The notes beneath the pieces were generated by a model. The model was given only the letters and a program-made list of their open reading frames with translations. It did no database searches and had not been told where the DNA came from. A stretch of 64,000 bases of DNA from Candidatus Heimdallarchaeota archaeon. GTDB lineage: Archaea; Asgardarchaeota; Heimdallarchaeia; Heimdallarchaeales; Heimdallarchaeaceae. Position 1 is the stretch's first letter. Each line of letters starts with the position of its first letter. The translations under genes and the position numbers were made by a program. This document shows, piece by piece, positions 9,509 through 18,550 of this stretch. Location of the stretch: the NCBI GenBank assembly GCA_019057375.1, contig DXJF01000112.1, positions 15,932 through 79,931 on the forward strand. The letters run 5' to 3'.

Positions 9509-9654
9509 CTAAAAACACAACTTTATACTTTCTCTTAAATGTTCTGTTGAGGGAAATAGAGCTGCTCTAAAGCTATCTAGGATTTTTGGTAAAGAGACAA
9601 GCATATAGTTTTTAAATTGTATATAATATCTAATCTACCTATCCGGTGATATGA

Positions 9655-9975
9655 GTGGTAGATAATGGAGATACATTAGAATCTCTAGTCGAAAGACTAG
9701 GTCGAACTAAACGCCTTATCCTCATAGAACTTACCAAAGAAGCGGTTGGATACAAGAAGTTATCAAAGAAGCTTCGAATTGGTCTGGATACAATCAGATC
9801 ACACATCAAGACTGGTAAGCATTCTAATTCACTTACTCAATTAGGATTGATTCAACAAGAGGAAAGGGGTTGGTCAATTACCGAATCAGGCGAAAAAGTA
9901 TTGGAGATTTTGAGAAAAGATCCAGAATATTCTCCATTTTTCTTTGTGAACTCCACAATAGAAAATGAGAAATAG
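9655..9975 (+). CDS. Winged helix-turn-helix protein
   Basis: GTG start; helix-turn-helix followed by the wing LTQLGLIQQEERGWSITESGEKVL. Confidence 0.65.
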   Translation: MVDNGDTLESLVERLGRTKRLILIELTKEAVGYKKLSKKLRIGLDTIRSHIKTGKHSNSLTQLGLIQQEERGWSITESGEKVLEILRKDPEYSPFFFVNSTIENEK

Positions 9976-10013
9976 GACCAAAAATCAAAATTCTCTTCTT
10001 TTTTCTTTTAAAA

Positions 10014-11648
10014 TTAAAAGCAATCTAGGGCTTCTTTCACTAGTCTTGAGACTTCAGCTTTTCCCAAAACATCTATGAGTGTTCCAGCTCTAGGTCCTGA
10101 TTTTTGTGCTAGCACTATTTGATATAGTGATCTAAAGAAATTGCTAGGTTTAATTTCTTTTTCCTTTGCTTTCTCATAAAGATGTTGAGTAATAGCATCT
10201 CCTTGATAGTTTTCAGGAAGGTACTGTAGAGCTATGTCTAGTTCTTTAAGGACCTGTAAATCCATTAATTTCACGATCTCACATTTTGGATTTTCAACTA
10301 CACTGAATTTGAAGTTTTCACTAGCATAATTTTCTATCCAAAATTTCGCTCTTTGGATTCTATTTCTTAACAGCTGCAAATCCCTATTACTGATATTGAA
10401 AGGAATTATCTCTTTGGCTTTAAGAGTTTCAATAACCTGTTCTTCATTAAACAAATAAACTTGTAAGAATGTAACAAGCTGTCCATAATCCACCCTGATT
10501 GGCTTTTCTTCAAAAGGATCTACCATAAGAGCAAGTTCGTAAGCTTTGACTGTTTTTTCCTTGGTTTTTCTGTGTTCAATGTCCCTCTCTTGATAGTACA
10601 GTTCTTCTGCAACATCATAGTCTGAAGCTACTCCGGGCACATCCATCTCAACTTTAAAATCTGTGTCTGTTCTCAGATTAGTTCTATATATTTTGTAAAG
10701 AAATACAGATGGATCTAATATACTCGGAAATTTTGATACAGGCAAACCACTGCCTGTGCTCCCACTTAATTTCTTACCACCAAAGGTTAGAAAACCATGA
10801 GTAATTAACATAGGTAATTTGCTTTTTCCAAATATTCTCTCGTGGATTACCAAAGATGAATCTATAGACCCCCCTGATACACCATGATCTTTACCTGAAG
10901 ATTCAACAGTAACTCCTAAGAAATCTTGTCTTGCAGCCCAGTCGAGTCGCCATTTAATTTTCCAGATTGTTTCTCCTAAAATTACGGAGGACTTCTGACC
11001 ACATCCTCGTTTTTCTTTCTGACAAAAGATTTCTACCTTGATTTTATCATCTATAAATTTATAATCAATGAGTTTTGGAGCAGATAGATTTTTACATTCA
11101 GGACATTGTATTAGAAAGAAATCTTCCATTTTTGAGCCCGTTATTTCCTCAGTTAACTCGTACATTTCTTCCTTTTTCTCAAGAAACAATTTAGCATATC
11201 TATCATATTTTCCTTCTTTATATAGTTTCGATGTAAGAATTGGATCAGGGTTGACATCAAAATCATTCATTATAGCTAAAGCATCAGCAATGAAATGCTC
11301 TGCGTATGAATCATGACAACCTAAAGGATCTGGTACTTCACAGATTGCATGTCCTAGGTAGGGTTTCAATAACTTACCATACTCTTTAAAGAATGCAGGT
11401 ATTTTTTCAAAAGGATCCACATCATCTATATTAAGTAAATAATATGAATTTGCTCCTAAGCTGATTAATTCTCTATGAATAGCTCTGCAAGTAACTGCTT
11501 CTTTGAAGTTTCCAATATGATAAAAACCAGATGGTGCCCATCCAGTAGCAACTATTTGTTTTTTTCCAAAAATCTTAATAGCCTCATTGCTAACTACAGT
11601 CGCCCAGTGTTCATATGATCTTTCTTCTGCTTCTTCTTGATGTGTCAT
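10014..11648 (-). CDS. lysS: Lysyl-tRNA synthetase, class I
   Basis: PSGFYHIGN (HIGH), KWRLDWAAR, GKDH, KKLSGS (KMSKS-like), KSGPRAG. Confidence 0.95.
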   Translation of the reverse strand: MTHQEEAEERSYEHWATVVSNEAIKIFGKKQIVATGWAPSGFYHIGNFKEAVTCRAIHRELISLGANSYYLLNIDDVDPFEKIPAFFKEYGKLLKPYLGHAICEVPDPLGCHDSYAEHFIADALAIMNDFDVNPDPILTSKLYKEGKYDRYAKLFLEKKEEMYELTEEITGSKMEDFFLIQCPECKNLSAPKLIDYKFIDDKIKVEIFCQKEKRGCGQKSSVILGETIWKIKWRLDWAARQDFLGVTVESSGKDHGVSGGSIDSSLVIHERIFGKSKLPMLITHGFLTFGGKKLSGSTGSGLPVSKFPSILDPSVFLYKIYRTNLRTDTDFKVEMDVPGVASDYDVAEELYYQERDIEHRKTKEKTVKAYELALMVDPFEEKPIRVDYGQLVTFLQVYLFNEEQVIETLKAKEIIPFNISNRDLQLLRNRIQRAKFWIENYASENFKFSVVENPKCEIVKLMDLQVLKELDIALQYLPENYQGDAITQHLYEKAKEKEIKPSNFFRSLYQIVLAQKSGPRAGTLIDVLGKAEVSRLVKEALDCF

Positions 11649-11703
11649 GGTTAAAACAACATCCTATTACTTAACTTAAAAATTATGGTTTCTGTTAGTA
11701 TAT

Positions 11704-13059
11704 TTAAGTAACTTGTGAGTAAAGATCAAGAATCTTCGATTTCCATGCTTCATAGCTTTCTGGCGTTGTGGGATAGATTTCGCAGTGTTTGGCGATTGCT
11801 TTGCTTGTGCTTATTGCTTTTCTCATCATCAACAAGAGTCCATATTTAGGAAAACATCTAACCACTCGACCTAAATAGTCCATAAATGATCTTTTTTTCA
11901 TAATACCTGCAGATGTTAAATCTGATTGTTTAACCACTTTTCTTTTAAGTAGAAATTCTAGTTTTTCTGGGCCTATTATTTCCAAGACTTTTGTTAGGAT
12001 TCTATTTCTAGCATGATCTGCCCCAAATTCTTTCACAATTAGAAGATTATATTCCCATAGGTCTTCCAATTCAAATGAGTTCTGTTCAAGAGCATTGCAT
12101 GCAACTTCTCCTGCAAAGCTTCCAGCCATTAATGCAGGACCATGACCTTCAGCTGTTAGTGGGTCAGCGTGAAAAGCTGCATCTCCTGCAACAATCAAAC
12201 CATTCCCAACTGCATTCCATAAAGGAGCCCTAATTGGTACTACATCTCCTCTCCCATCAAGTGTTTTGTAAGTTCCTTGTGGGAAATATTTCTCTAAAGC
12301 GTTAAAATATACTGACTTAACACTCTTGGTGGCGTGTTTTCCTTGTTTGATAAATCCTGTTCCACAATTCAAACGTTTTTTCCCTTCATCGAAGAACCAG
12401 ATATATCCTGGTTCCGGTATATCTATTTCATATTGTAGAACTATTTTACCTTCTAAATCATGATTGTGATTTAACTGTATTATTTCGCGATAACAAGGGG
12501 CAAAATCTGCTTTAGTAACCTTTTTGTTCAATTTTGGTTCATATTCTTGTGGTAAACCTGTTCTTACTACTGCCATAGTTCCACTGCAGTCAATTACCAT
12601 TTTAGACAAAATTTCTATGCTATTGTGTTCTGAATCTTTAATCAAAACTCCAGATACTTTGTTATCTATCACAATTGGTTCTTTTACTCTGCATTGATTT
12701 TTTAAAATTACTCCAGATTTTATCGCTTCTTGAAGTAACCTTTGTCCGAACTTATGGCGATCAATCATATAGCCTATTGCTGGAAAAGTAATATGGTTTT
12801 TAGGTAAAGCTGTTCTAAGAACTAAATCTTCAATTTGTGCTTTAATTTCTTCTTCCAGTGGGGGAGCAATAGAGAGTTTTTCCATAGCCTTAAGAACTGT
12901 TTTTTTTGAGATTGCTTCGCCACATACCTTGTCTCCAATCTTCTCCTTCTTTTTCTTATCAAGAAGTAAGACATTATATCCCCTCTTTCGACAAATTAAT
13001 GATGCAGCTACACCCGCAGGACCTGCTCCAACAACTATTACTTCATAAGAATCTTTCAT
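11704..13059 (-). CDS. Geranylgeranyl reductase family FAD oxidoreductase
   Basis: VVGAGPAG, KVCGEAIS, DCSG, GDAA...PLTAEGH motifs. Likely start is the ATG at 13059. Confidence 0.88.
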   Translation of the reverse strand: MKDSYEVIVVGAGPAGVAASLICRKRGYNVLLLDKKKKEKIGDKVCGEAISKKTVLKAMEKLSIAPPLEEEIKAQIEDLVLRTALPKNHITFPAIGYMIDRHKFGQRLLQEAIKSGVILKNQCRVKEPIVIDNKVSGVLIKDSEHNSIEILSKMVIDCSGTMAVVRTGLPQEYEPKLNKKVTKADFAPCYREIIQLNHNHDLEGKIVLQYEIDIPEPGYIWFFDEGKKRLNCGTGFIKQGKHATKSVKSVYFNALEKYFPQGTYKTLDGRGDVVPIRAPLWNAVGNGLIVAGDAAFHADPLTAEGHGPALMAGSFAGEVACNALEQNSFELEDLWEYNLLIVKEFGADHARNRILTKVLEIIGPEKLEFLLKRKVVKQSDLTSAGIMKKRSFMDYLGRVVRCFPKYGLLLMMRKAISTSKAIAKHCEIYPTTPESYEAWKSKILDLYSQVT

Positions 13060-13120
13060 TGATAGAACCCAATTCCCTAAGTTGTAAATAAACTCTATGT
13101 GATAAATTGAATGAATGAAC

Positions 13121-14692
13121 CTAGAGAGATTTGACAAGCTCTCTAGAGATCGATGATTCTTTGTCTATAACTTCTTTTTCAGTTTTATCTCCAATGAATA
13201 CTTCGAACATCTCAAAAGTTGGTGGAGTGTCTCCTGAAACTTTGATTGCGACAGATGCAAATTTTCCAATAGGTGGAGGTTCTGTTATCCATGTTATAAT
13301 CTTAACTCCTGAATCATCAATTTGTTCCATTATTTGTGAATTTTCTGGATCTTTTCCTACCACAGCATGGCTAACAGGGAATTTATCAGCTAGAGATATG
13401 ATTTCATCAGCATCTCCTTTAATATTTTTAATTTTGTAGTTAACAGTATACCCTACATCTTTTTCAGAGGATTTGATGAACTTAGCTATCTTGAAAATTG
13501 TTTTTCCTTCTTTATCTTGAATGAGTTTCTTTCCTCTGAATAGGAATGGAAAATAATCAAGTTTATAGGATTTATCTAAGGAATGATTAGCTGAAACATT
13601 CTTATGTTTCCATCTTACAATAGTCCCCTTCAGTTTAACTTTTTCAATTACTGCATTTGGAGGAAGTGCTTCAGGATTTGTTTTTAAGACGTCAAATTCT
13701 GGAGGGATCTCATCTATAATATGTAATTCCTGTAGCTGACGATTATGAATGTTAAGATATTTAATACTGGAAGAAAACTCTAAACCTGATAGAGAAATAT
13801 TTTCAAATGAATTTAGAACTGCAATTACTTCATTTTGAATTATCTCTAAAATTGTTCGATTTATTCTCTTAGATAATTTATATTTGATTTCAACTTCTTG
13901 ATCTGGCTGAATTTCTGGAATCTCCCAAGTGATTTCCAAAACCTGTTCTTCTTTCTCTTTAGATGGTTCGCTTTCTAGATTGGCAATTTCCATATTATCT
14001 ATTGCAAAACAATAGGGTATCTCATCTATGATTTTAATTTCTGTGATTGTTTTTTTGTGATTATTTTTCAGACTTGAAATCAGAGTTACATCCTTGAGAG
14101 TTTCTCCTGCCCCTAATGGGTTTTCTTTTTCAGTGGTTTCAATTTCACCGCTTGCTAATTTATACTGAATTCGACTTTTTACTATATTTGGTATTTGATA
14201 TTTATTATCTTCTATTAACTTTTGAAGAAGTTCATCTCTGAAGTAATCATCTTCTGGAAGTTTTTTAATTGTAATTTCATGCCCAATTATTTTACTGTCT
14301 TCTACAGTATCAAAAGCTTTTTCGAAATTTTCAGTACTCACTTCTTTAGTTTCTGTAATTAGGTCTTCTAAATCTTCAGAAAATAGTTCATCTGATCTTA
14401 AAAGCCGTAAAAGTAAATTATAATCACCAATAATGCCTGTTTCTGATAAATATTCTTCTATCCATCGAGCTACTCTTGTTTCATGAGGTGCTAAAATTGT
14501 TGACCAGAATTCATTTACGGTATTTACTATCTCTAGAAGATTCCTACATTCTTTTTCATTTATCAAACCATGAGTATCATAAAATGAGACTATTCCGCTC
14601 ATAGAGGTACCAAAAACATTTGTATAAGGATCAATTTTAATAAAGTATCTAGTTGATCCCCAGATTGGTTTTTGTTCAACCATTTTAATCAA
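13121..14692 (-). CDS. Hypothetical cytosolic protein with three tandem Ig-like beta-sandwich repeats
   Basis: Three N-x(8-10)-D(E/K)(I/F)P-...-W units in the C-terminal half; no signal peptide or TM segment. Confidence 0.55.
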   Translation of the reverse strand: MIKMVEQKPIWGSTRYFIKIDPYTNVFGTSMSGIVSFYDTHGLINEKECRNLLEIVNTVNEFWSTILAPHETRVARWIEEYLSETGIIGDYNLLLRLLRSDELFSEDLEDLITETKEVSTENFEKAFDTVEDSKIIGHEITIKKLPEDDYFRDELLQKLIEDNKYQIPNIVKSRIQYKLASGEIETTEKENPLGAGETLKDVTLISSLKNNHKKTITEIKIIDEIPYCFAIDNMEIANLESEPSKEKEEQVLEITWEIPEIQPDQEVEIKYKLSKRINRTILEIIQNEVIAVLNSFENISLSGLEFSSSIKYLNIHNRQLQELHIIDEIPPEFDVLKTNPEALPPNAVIEKVKLKGTIVRWKHKNVSANHSLDKSYKLDYFPFLFRGKKLIQDKEGKTIFKIAKFIKSSEKDVGYTVNYKIKNIKGDADEIISLADKFPVSHAVVGKDPENSQIMEQIDDSGVKIITWITEPPPIGKFASVAIKVSGDTPPTFEMFEVFIGDKTEKEVIDKESSISRELVKSL

Positions 14693-15311
14693 CCCTCACT
14701 GTTTCTTGAATGGAAATGACTTCATATTCAACAAGTTTTTCAGTAGAAATTTCGAGCTCCTCAGTTGTTCCACTCTTGTGATTTAATATTGTTACAGAGA
14801 AAGTTCCTTCAGGCAAAAAATTATGCACATATCTCCTTACAAGTGAAACATTTTCAAACATTGTACTAGGGCTAGCTGGTATTTGATCTAAGTCCCCAAA
14901 AATATCCATTTTGCGAATACTTATGATCTCTCTATTGCTTTTTGTTTCACTCCTTCTTTCAAATATTGTTCTAACAGTATCTAGATGGAAACCTGAAAGT
15001 TCCTTGCTTATTGATTCTTTAAAAACTTCTTCTGCTTTCTGAAGATCATCCAACAAAAGATATCTACTTATTAGCTTACTATATGCATAAGATTGATTAT
15101 CTTGATCGTCAAGATTTTCCATCACTTCTGCAACGAAGTGCCATAAGATAACAGATTCAATAAACTGGTCATTTTCTTCTAGCTTTTTAATCCCTTTTTC
15201 AATGAATTTTAGAAAATCATCGGGTGATTTGTTAGCTAGTAGGTCTTTTCCTTCTCTAATCATTTTTTGTACATCATCATCTGCACTCAATATAGACCAC
15301 TTTCCAGTCAA
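14685..15311 (-). CDS. Hypothetical protein with TPR-like helical N-terminus
   Basis: Amphipathic helix pairs (YSKLISRYLLLDDLQKAEEVFKE); 8-bp overlap with the downstream ORF. Confidence 0.5.
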   Translation of the reverse strand: MTGKWSILSADDDVQKMIREGKDLLANKSPDDFLKFIEKGIKKLEENDQFIESVILWHFVAEVMENLDDQDNQSYAYSKLISRYLLLDDLQKAEEVFKESISKELSGFHLDTVRTIFERRSETKSNREIISIRKMDIFGDLDQIPASPSTMFENVSLVRRYVHNFLPEGTFSVTILNHKSGTTEELEISTEKLVEYEVISIQETVRVD

Positions 15312-15483
15312 ACAATTTACAATTGTATATTTTGAGAACTTCTTATTTAAACTCTGTCCTAGTATTCATTTAAATTTCATACACAATTATATTGAAAAAA
15401 AGAATAAATTCTATCTCTCTAAAAGCACATAACAAAAAAGACTGTTTCGATAAAGTTAAAAGAATACTCTTTTTTTTGTAGTT

Positions 15484-16506
15484 ATGGCTAAAATTGTAAG
15501 CAAAGAATTTTGCGCATTCCATTTCCACAATGATTCTGATGGTGAGTGTTCTAATTGTGGATTAGCAATTTGCAATCTTGACCAACAATATGACTTACAA
15601 GCTAACAGACAATGTCAAATATGTTTCAATTTAACAAGAGCCAAGAAGATTGCAAGGTATATGCAATTTGGTTTGTGGGGTGTAATTATTTCGCTTGTTG
15701 TAATGTTATGGTTATTACTAAGAGCTAGCGGAAATACTTTTTATGCTTTCCTGCCAGTTATTTTACTATTAGTTGTTCCATATCTTCTTCGTCCTGTTCT
15801 GATGAAATTGTATTTCAGAGATTTAGCGCCCATTGAGTCTATATTGCCTATCCTTCGTTATTTTGAAGGTACTGGAAATATGGACCATTACAAACTTTTC
15901 TTGAGATTCTTAGGCAAATTAACTGAAGAAGATATTAAAGATATCCAAAAACCATTATATGATTATCTAATTCCTGCTCTAGCATTTAATTATTCTAAGT
16001 TACCTGAAGGTTGGGAAGAAAATTTGATTAAAAATCTTCAAATTTCTAAGGAAAGGTTTATCGAACTCATGGTGAAGGATTATCGCACTATCTTGATTCA
16101 GACTGCCGTTCATAGTGCACAGTCTAATATGGCTCTCTTCATTTTCTACTTAAGTGAAACAGCTTCTGATAAAGATCTCATCAAAGAATACATAATTGAA
16201 ATTACATCTCAAGAAGTTATGAAGCTAAATGAAGAAGAGGTAAATATCATTTATAAACATCTTTTAGAAGATTTGTATCTTTATGAAGATAGATTTCTTG
16301 AACTCTGTGATGAATTGGAACTTAAAAAACAAAAAGATTTAATTATTCAACTAATAGAACGATTTGATCCCCCCCCAGTACCAAAGAATCAAATTGAAGC
16401 TGTTATGACTCCAGATCAACTTAGGGAGAAAAGAAGAAAGGAAAAGGATTTAGCTGAAAATCCTCCTCCTCTAGAAATCGAGCAAAAAACTGAGGAAACT
16501 CAGTAA
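15484..16506 (+). CDS. Membrane protein with N-terminal B-box-like zinc finger
   Basis: CAFH...CSNCGLAIC...CQIC, then two hydrophobic TM segments and a helical domain. Confidence 0.6.
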   Translation: MAKIVSKEFCAFHFHNDSDGECSNCGLAICNLDQQYDLQANRQCQICFNLTRAKKIARYMQFGLWGVIISLVVMLWLLLRASGNTFYAFLPVILLLVVPYLLRPVLMKLYFRDLAPIESILPILRYFEGTGNMDHYKLFLRFLGKLTEEDIKDIQKPLYDYLIPALAFNYSKLPEGWEENLIKNLQISKERFIELMVKDYRTILIQTAVHSAQSNMALFIFYLSETASDKDLIKEYIIEITSQEVMKLNEEEVNIIYKHLLEDLYLYEDRFLELCDELELKKQKDLIIQLIERFDPPPVPKNQIEAVMTPDQLREKRRKEKDLAENPPPLEIEQKTEETQ

Positions 16507-16570
16507 AATCTCCTCTTTTTATTTTGTAACTGTTCGCAACTCATATATTTACTAGTTTTGAATCTCTAAT

Positions 16571-16649
16571 TGAGAATAGCGAATATGATGAGGAATTACA
16601 ACCGATGATTCCATGACTTTCCTAGCTCACTCTGATGACGTTATTCTCA
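16571..16649 (+). ncRNA. Putative box C/D sRNA
   Basis: Box C ATGATGA at 16585; D'-like ATGA at 16605; C'-like ATGACTT at 16613; 12-nt guide; box D CTGA at 16632; 10-bp terminal stem TGAGAATAGC/GTTATTCTCA. Confidence 0.5.
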
Positions 16650-16734
16650 TTATCTTTTTTAGGTAAAAGTTCTCTAAAAGAGAAAAAGCTTTAGTACTTT
16701 CAGTCAGTATCTATTTCAAAAAGAGAACCTCATG

Positions 16735-16815
16735 TTGAGAATAATGGAAATGATGAAAATGCACGAACAAATGATTCTATGATTAACCTTGAACACCCAG
16801 TTTCGCTACTCTCAA
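16735..16815 (+). ncRNA. Degenerate paralog of the C/D-like element
   Basis: TTGAGA...TCTCAA terminal stem; ATGATGA at 16750; ATGAttctATGATTA core; no canonical CTGA box D. Confidence 0.3.
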
Positions 16816-16898
16816 TAATTTGATTCCTTCAATATTGATGACAAAGTCTTAATATGATAGTATCTATCTTCGTTATTATCAATTATAAAGGAACACAG

Positions 16899-18533
16899 AT
16901 GACAGTAACTAAACGAAACAGGAAATCTATTACGTTTGCATGGCAATTTGCAGGTTTTTTTCTTTATCTTTTTACAGTTGCTGTTGCTTTAGTAGGTTTG
17001 GTATATTTGGTCTGGTCTTTTGTTTTAATGATTCAAAGATTCTATGTGGTACCGTTCCAGAATATAATGATATTAGAGTTTATTTTGAATCTAACAACCT
17101 TACTAATAGAATTTTTAGGAGTATTCTATACTGCTATACTATTGAACCACATGGCTTCTACCTGTATGAATCCTCCTATTCTAACAGAAGAGAAGGCCAT
17201 CATAGAAAATTATCCAACAGTTAGTATACTCATTCCTATTAGGCATCCTGAGTATGAAATTCTTAGAGAAACTTTAGTTTCCATTTCAGAGGTTGACTAT
17301 CCTAAAGAAAAACTTACTGTGTTCCTAGGAGATGATACCGAAAAAGAGCATGAAAGTTATCTGAAAACCGTTGAACTAGCTCACCATTATAACGTTCAAC
17401 ACATACATGATCCATCAAATATTCATTTCAAAGCTGGAATGTTAAACGTTGTCTTAAAACATGTAACATCAGAATTTTTTATACTATTAGATTATGATCA
17501 TAAGATAGAACCAAAGATTATCACCAAATCTGTCAAATTACTAATGAATAATTCACAACTAGCTTTCGTACAACCCAAAGTAAATTTTAGACTTGTTAAA
17601 TCAAAACTACAAGTATGGGAATCCGTTATGTATGCCCAATTTTATGAAGTATTTCAACGATCAAAAACAAAGCATTCTACAGTTTTGACTAATGGTTCTA
17701 CAGCTTGTTATCGCAAGTCATATGTTGATGAAATTGGTGGAATACCATTTGATACATTCACAGAAGATGTTGATATTTCAGTTAAGCTTCTTGCAAAAGG
17801 ATACCAAACAGAATTAGTTGATGAATACGGTAGTTTTGGTTTGATTCCAGCAAATTTCTCACTTCTCTTATCACAAATATTAAGATGGGCAAAAGGGAGC
17901 ATGCAAGTCCTTAGACTAAGATGGAAGAAAATAATGTCAGCTAAAATGCCTTTCATTCATAGGATAGATTTACTGTTCAGCGCGTCGCTGTTTTTTATTG
18001 CCTCTTCAGTATACTTAAATCTAGTTTTCTATGTTATTATGTATTTCACAAACAGTTCTGTAGTTCGATTACCAATGAGTGTTTTTCCACCATTATTAAT
18101 CATGCCAATAGCATTTGCAGTTTCTTACCAACTTTCTGGAATAATAGCCGTTATTTTCGCTAGAAGAAGTGGAATTACAAATCTAAAATTGTTTGACCTT
18201 GTTTATTTCTTAATTCTCGCTCTCGTACTTAACCCATTTACTGTTTACGCTGTTTTCAAGTCCATATTCAAGCGAAAAATCCCATCAAGAGATAGGGATG
18301 AATGGAATGAAAAAGTTCCTTATTTTATACTTTCTTTTATCATTTCCATCTTGGGTGGTGGTCTCGTTACTATCTCAGTTTTTGATATTTTAAACAATGG
18401 GTTTACTGGTTCCTTTTGGCTAATTTTAGGTCTCTTGGGTTTGACCATGCTAGCAACTTTTCCAGTGTGTATTTTCTTCCATTTCTCAACAAAACACAAC
18501 AAACCTTATTTTGTTAAAGAGTTTAACACATAA
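16899..18533 (+). CDS. Processive GT2 glycosyltransferase (cellulose-synthase-like)
   Basis: GDD, FKAG, DYD, TED and QILRW motifs; N- and C-terminal TM helices. The track start is 16854; 16899 has an RBS-like AAGGA. Confidence 0.88.
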   Translation: MTVTKRNRKSITFAWQFAGFFLYLFTVAVALVGLVYLVWSFVLMIQRFYVVPFQNIMILEFILNLTTLLIEFLGVFYTAILLNHMASTCMNPPILTEEKAIIENYPTVSILIPIRHPEYEILRETLVSISEVDYPKEKLTVFLGDDTEKEHESYLKTVELAHHYNVQHIHDPSNIHFKAGMLNVVLKHVTSEFFILLDYDHKIEPKIITKSVKLLMNNSQLAFVQPKVNFRLVKSKLQVWESVMYAQFYEVFQRSKTKHSTVLTNGSTACYRKSYVDEIGGIPFDTFTEDVDISVKLLAKGYQTELVDEYGSFGLIPANFSLLLSQILRWAKGSMQVLRLRWKKIMSAKMPFIHRIDLLFSASLFFIASSVYLNLVFYVIMYFTNSSVVRLPMSVFPPLLIMPIAFAVSYQLSGIIAVIFARRSGITNLKLFDLVYFLILALVLNPFTVYAVFKSIFKRKIPSRDRDEWNEKVPYFILSFIISILGGGLVTISVFDILNNGFTGSFWLILGLLGLTMLATFPVCIFFHFSTKHNKPYFVKEFNT

Positions 18534-18550
18534 TATTAAGAGGAAACAGA

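Noticed and set aside
16571-16649. Hammerhead ribozyme or fluoride riboswitch reading of CTGATGAC/CGAA/AACCG
   Set aside because: The core has an extra base and lacks GAAA, the stems and pseudoknot do not pair properly, and no fluoride-related gene follows.
16571-16815. CRISPR mini-array or MITE
   Set aside because: Only two highly degenerate units, no cas genes, and no target-site duplication or further copies seen.
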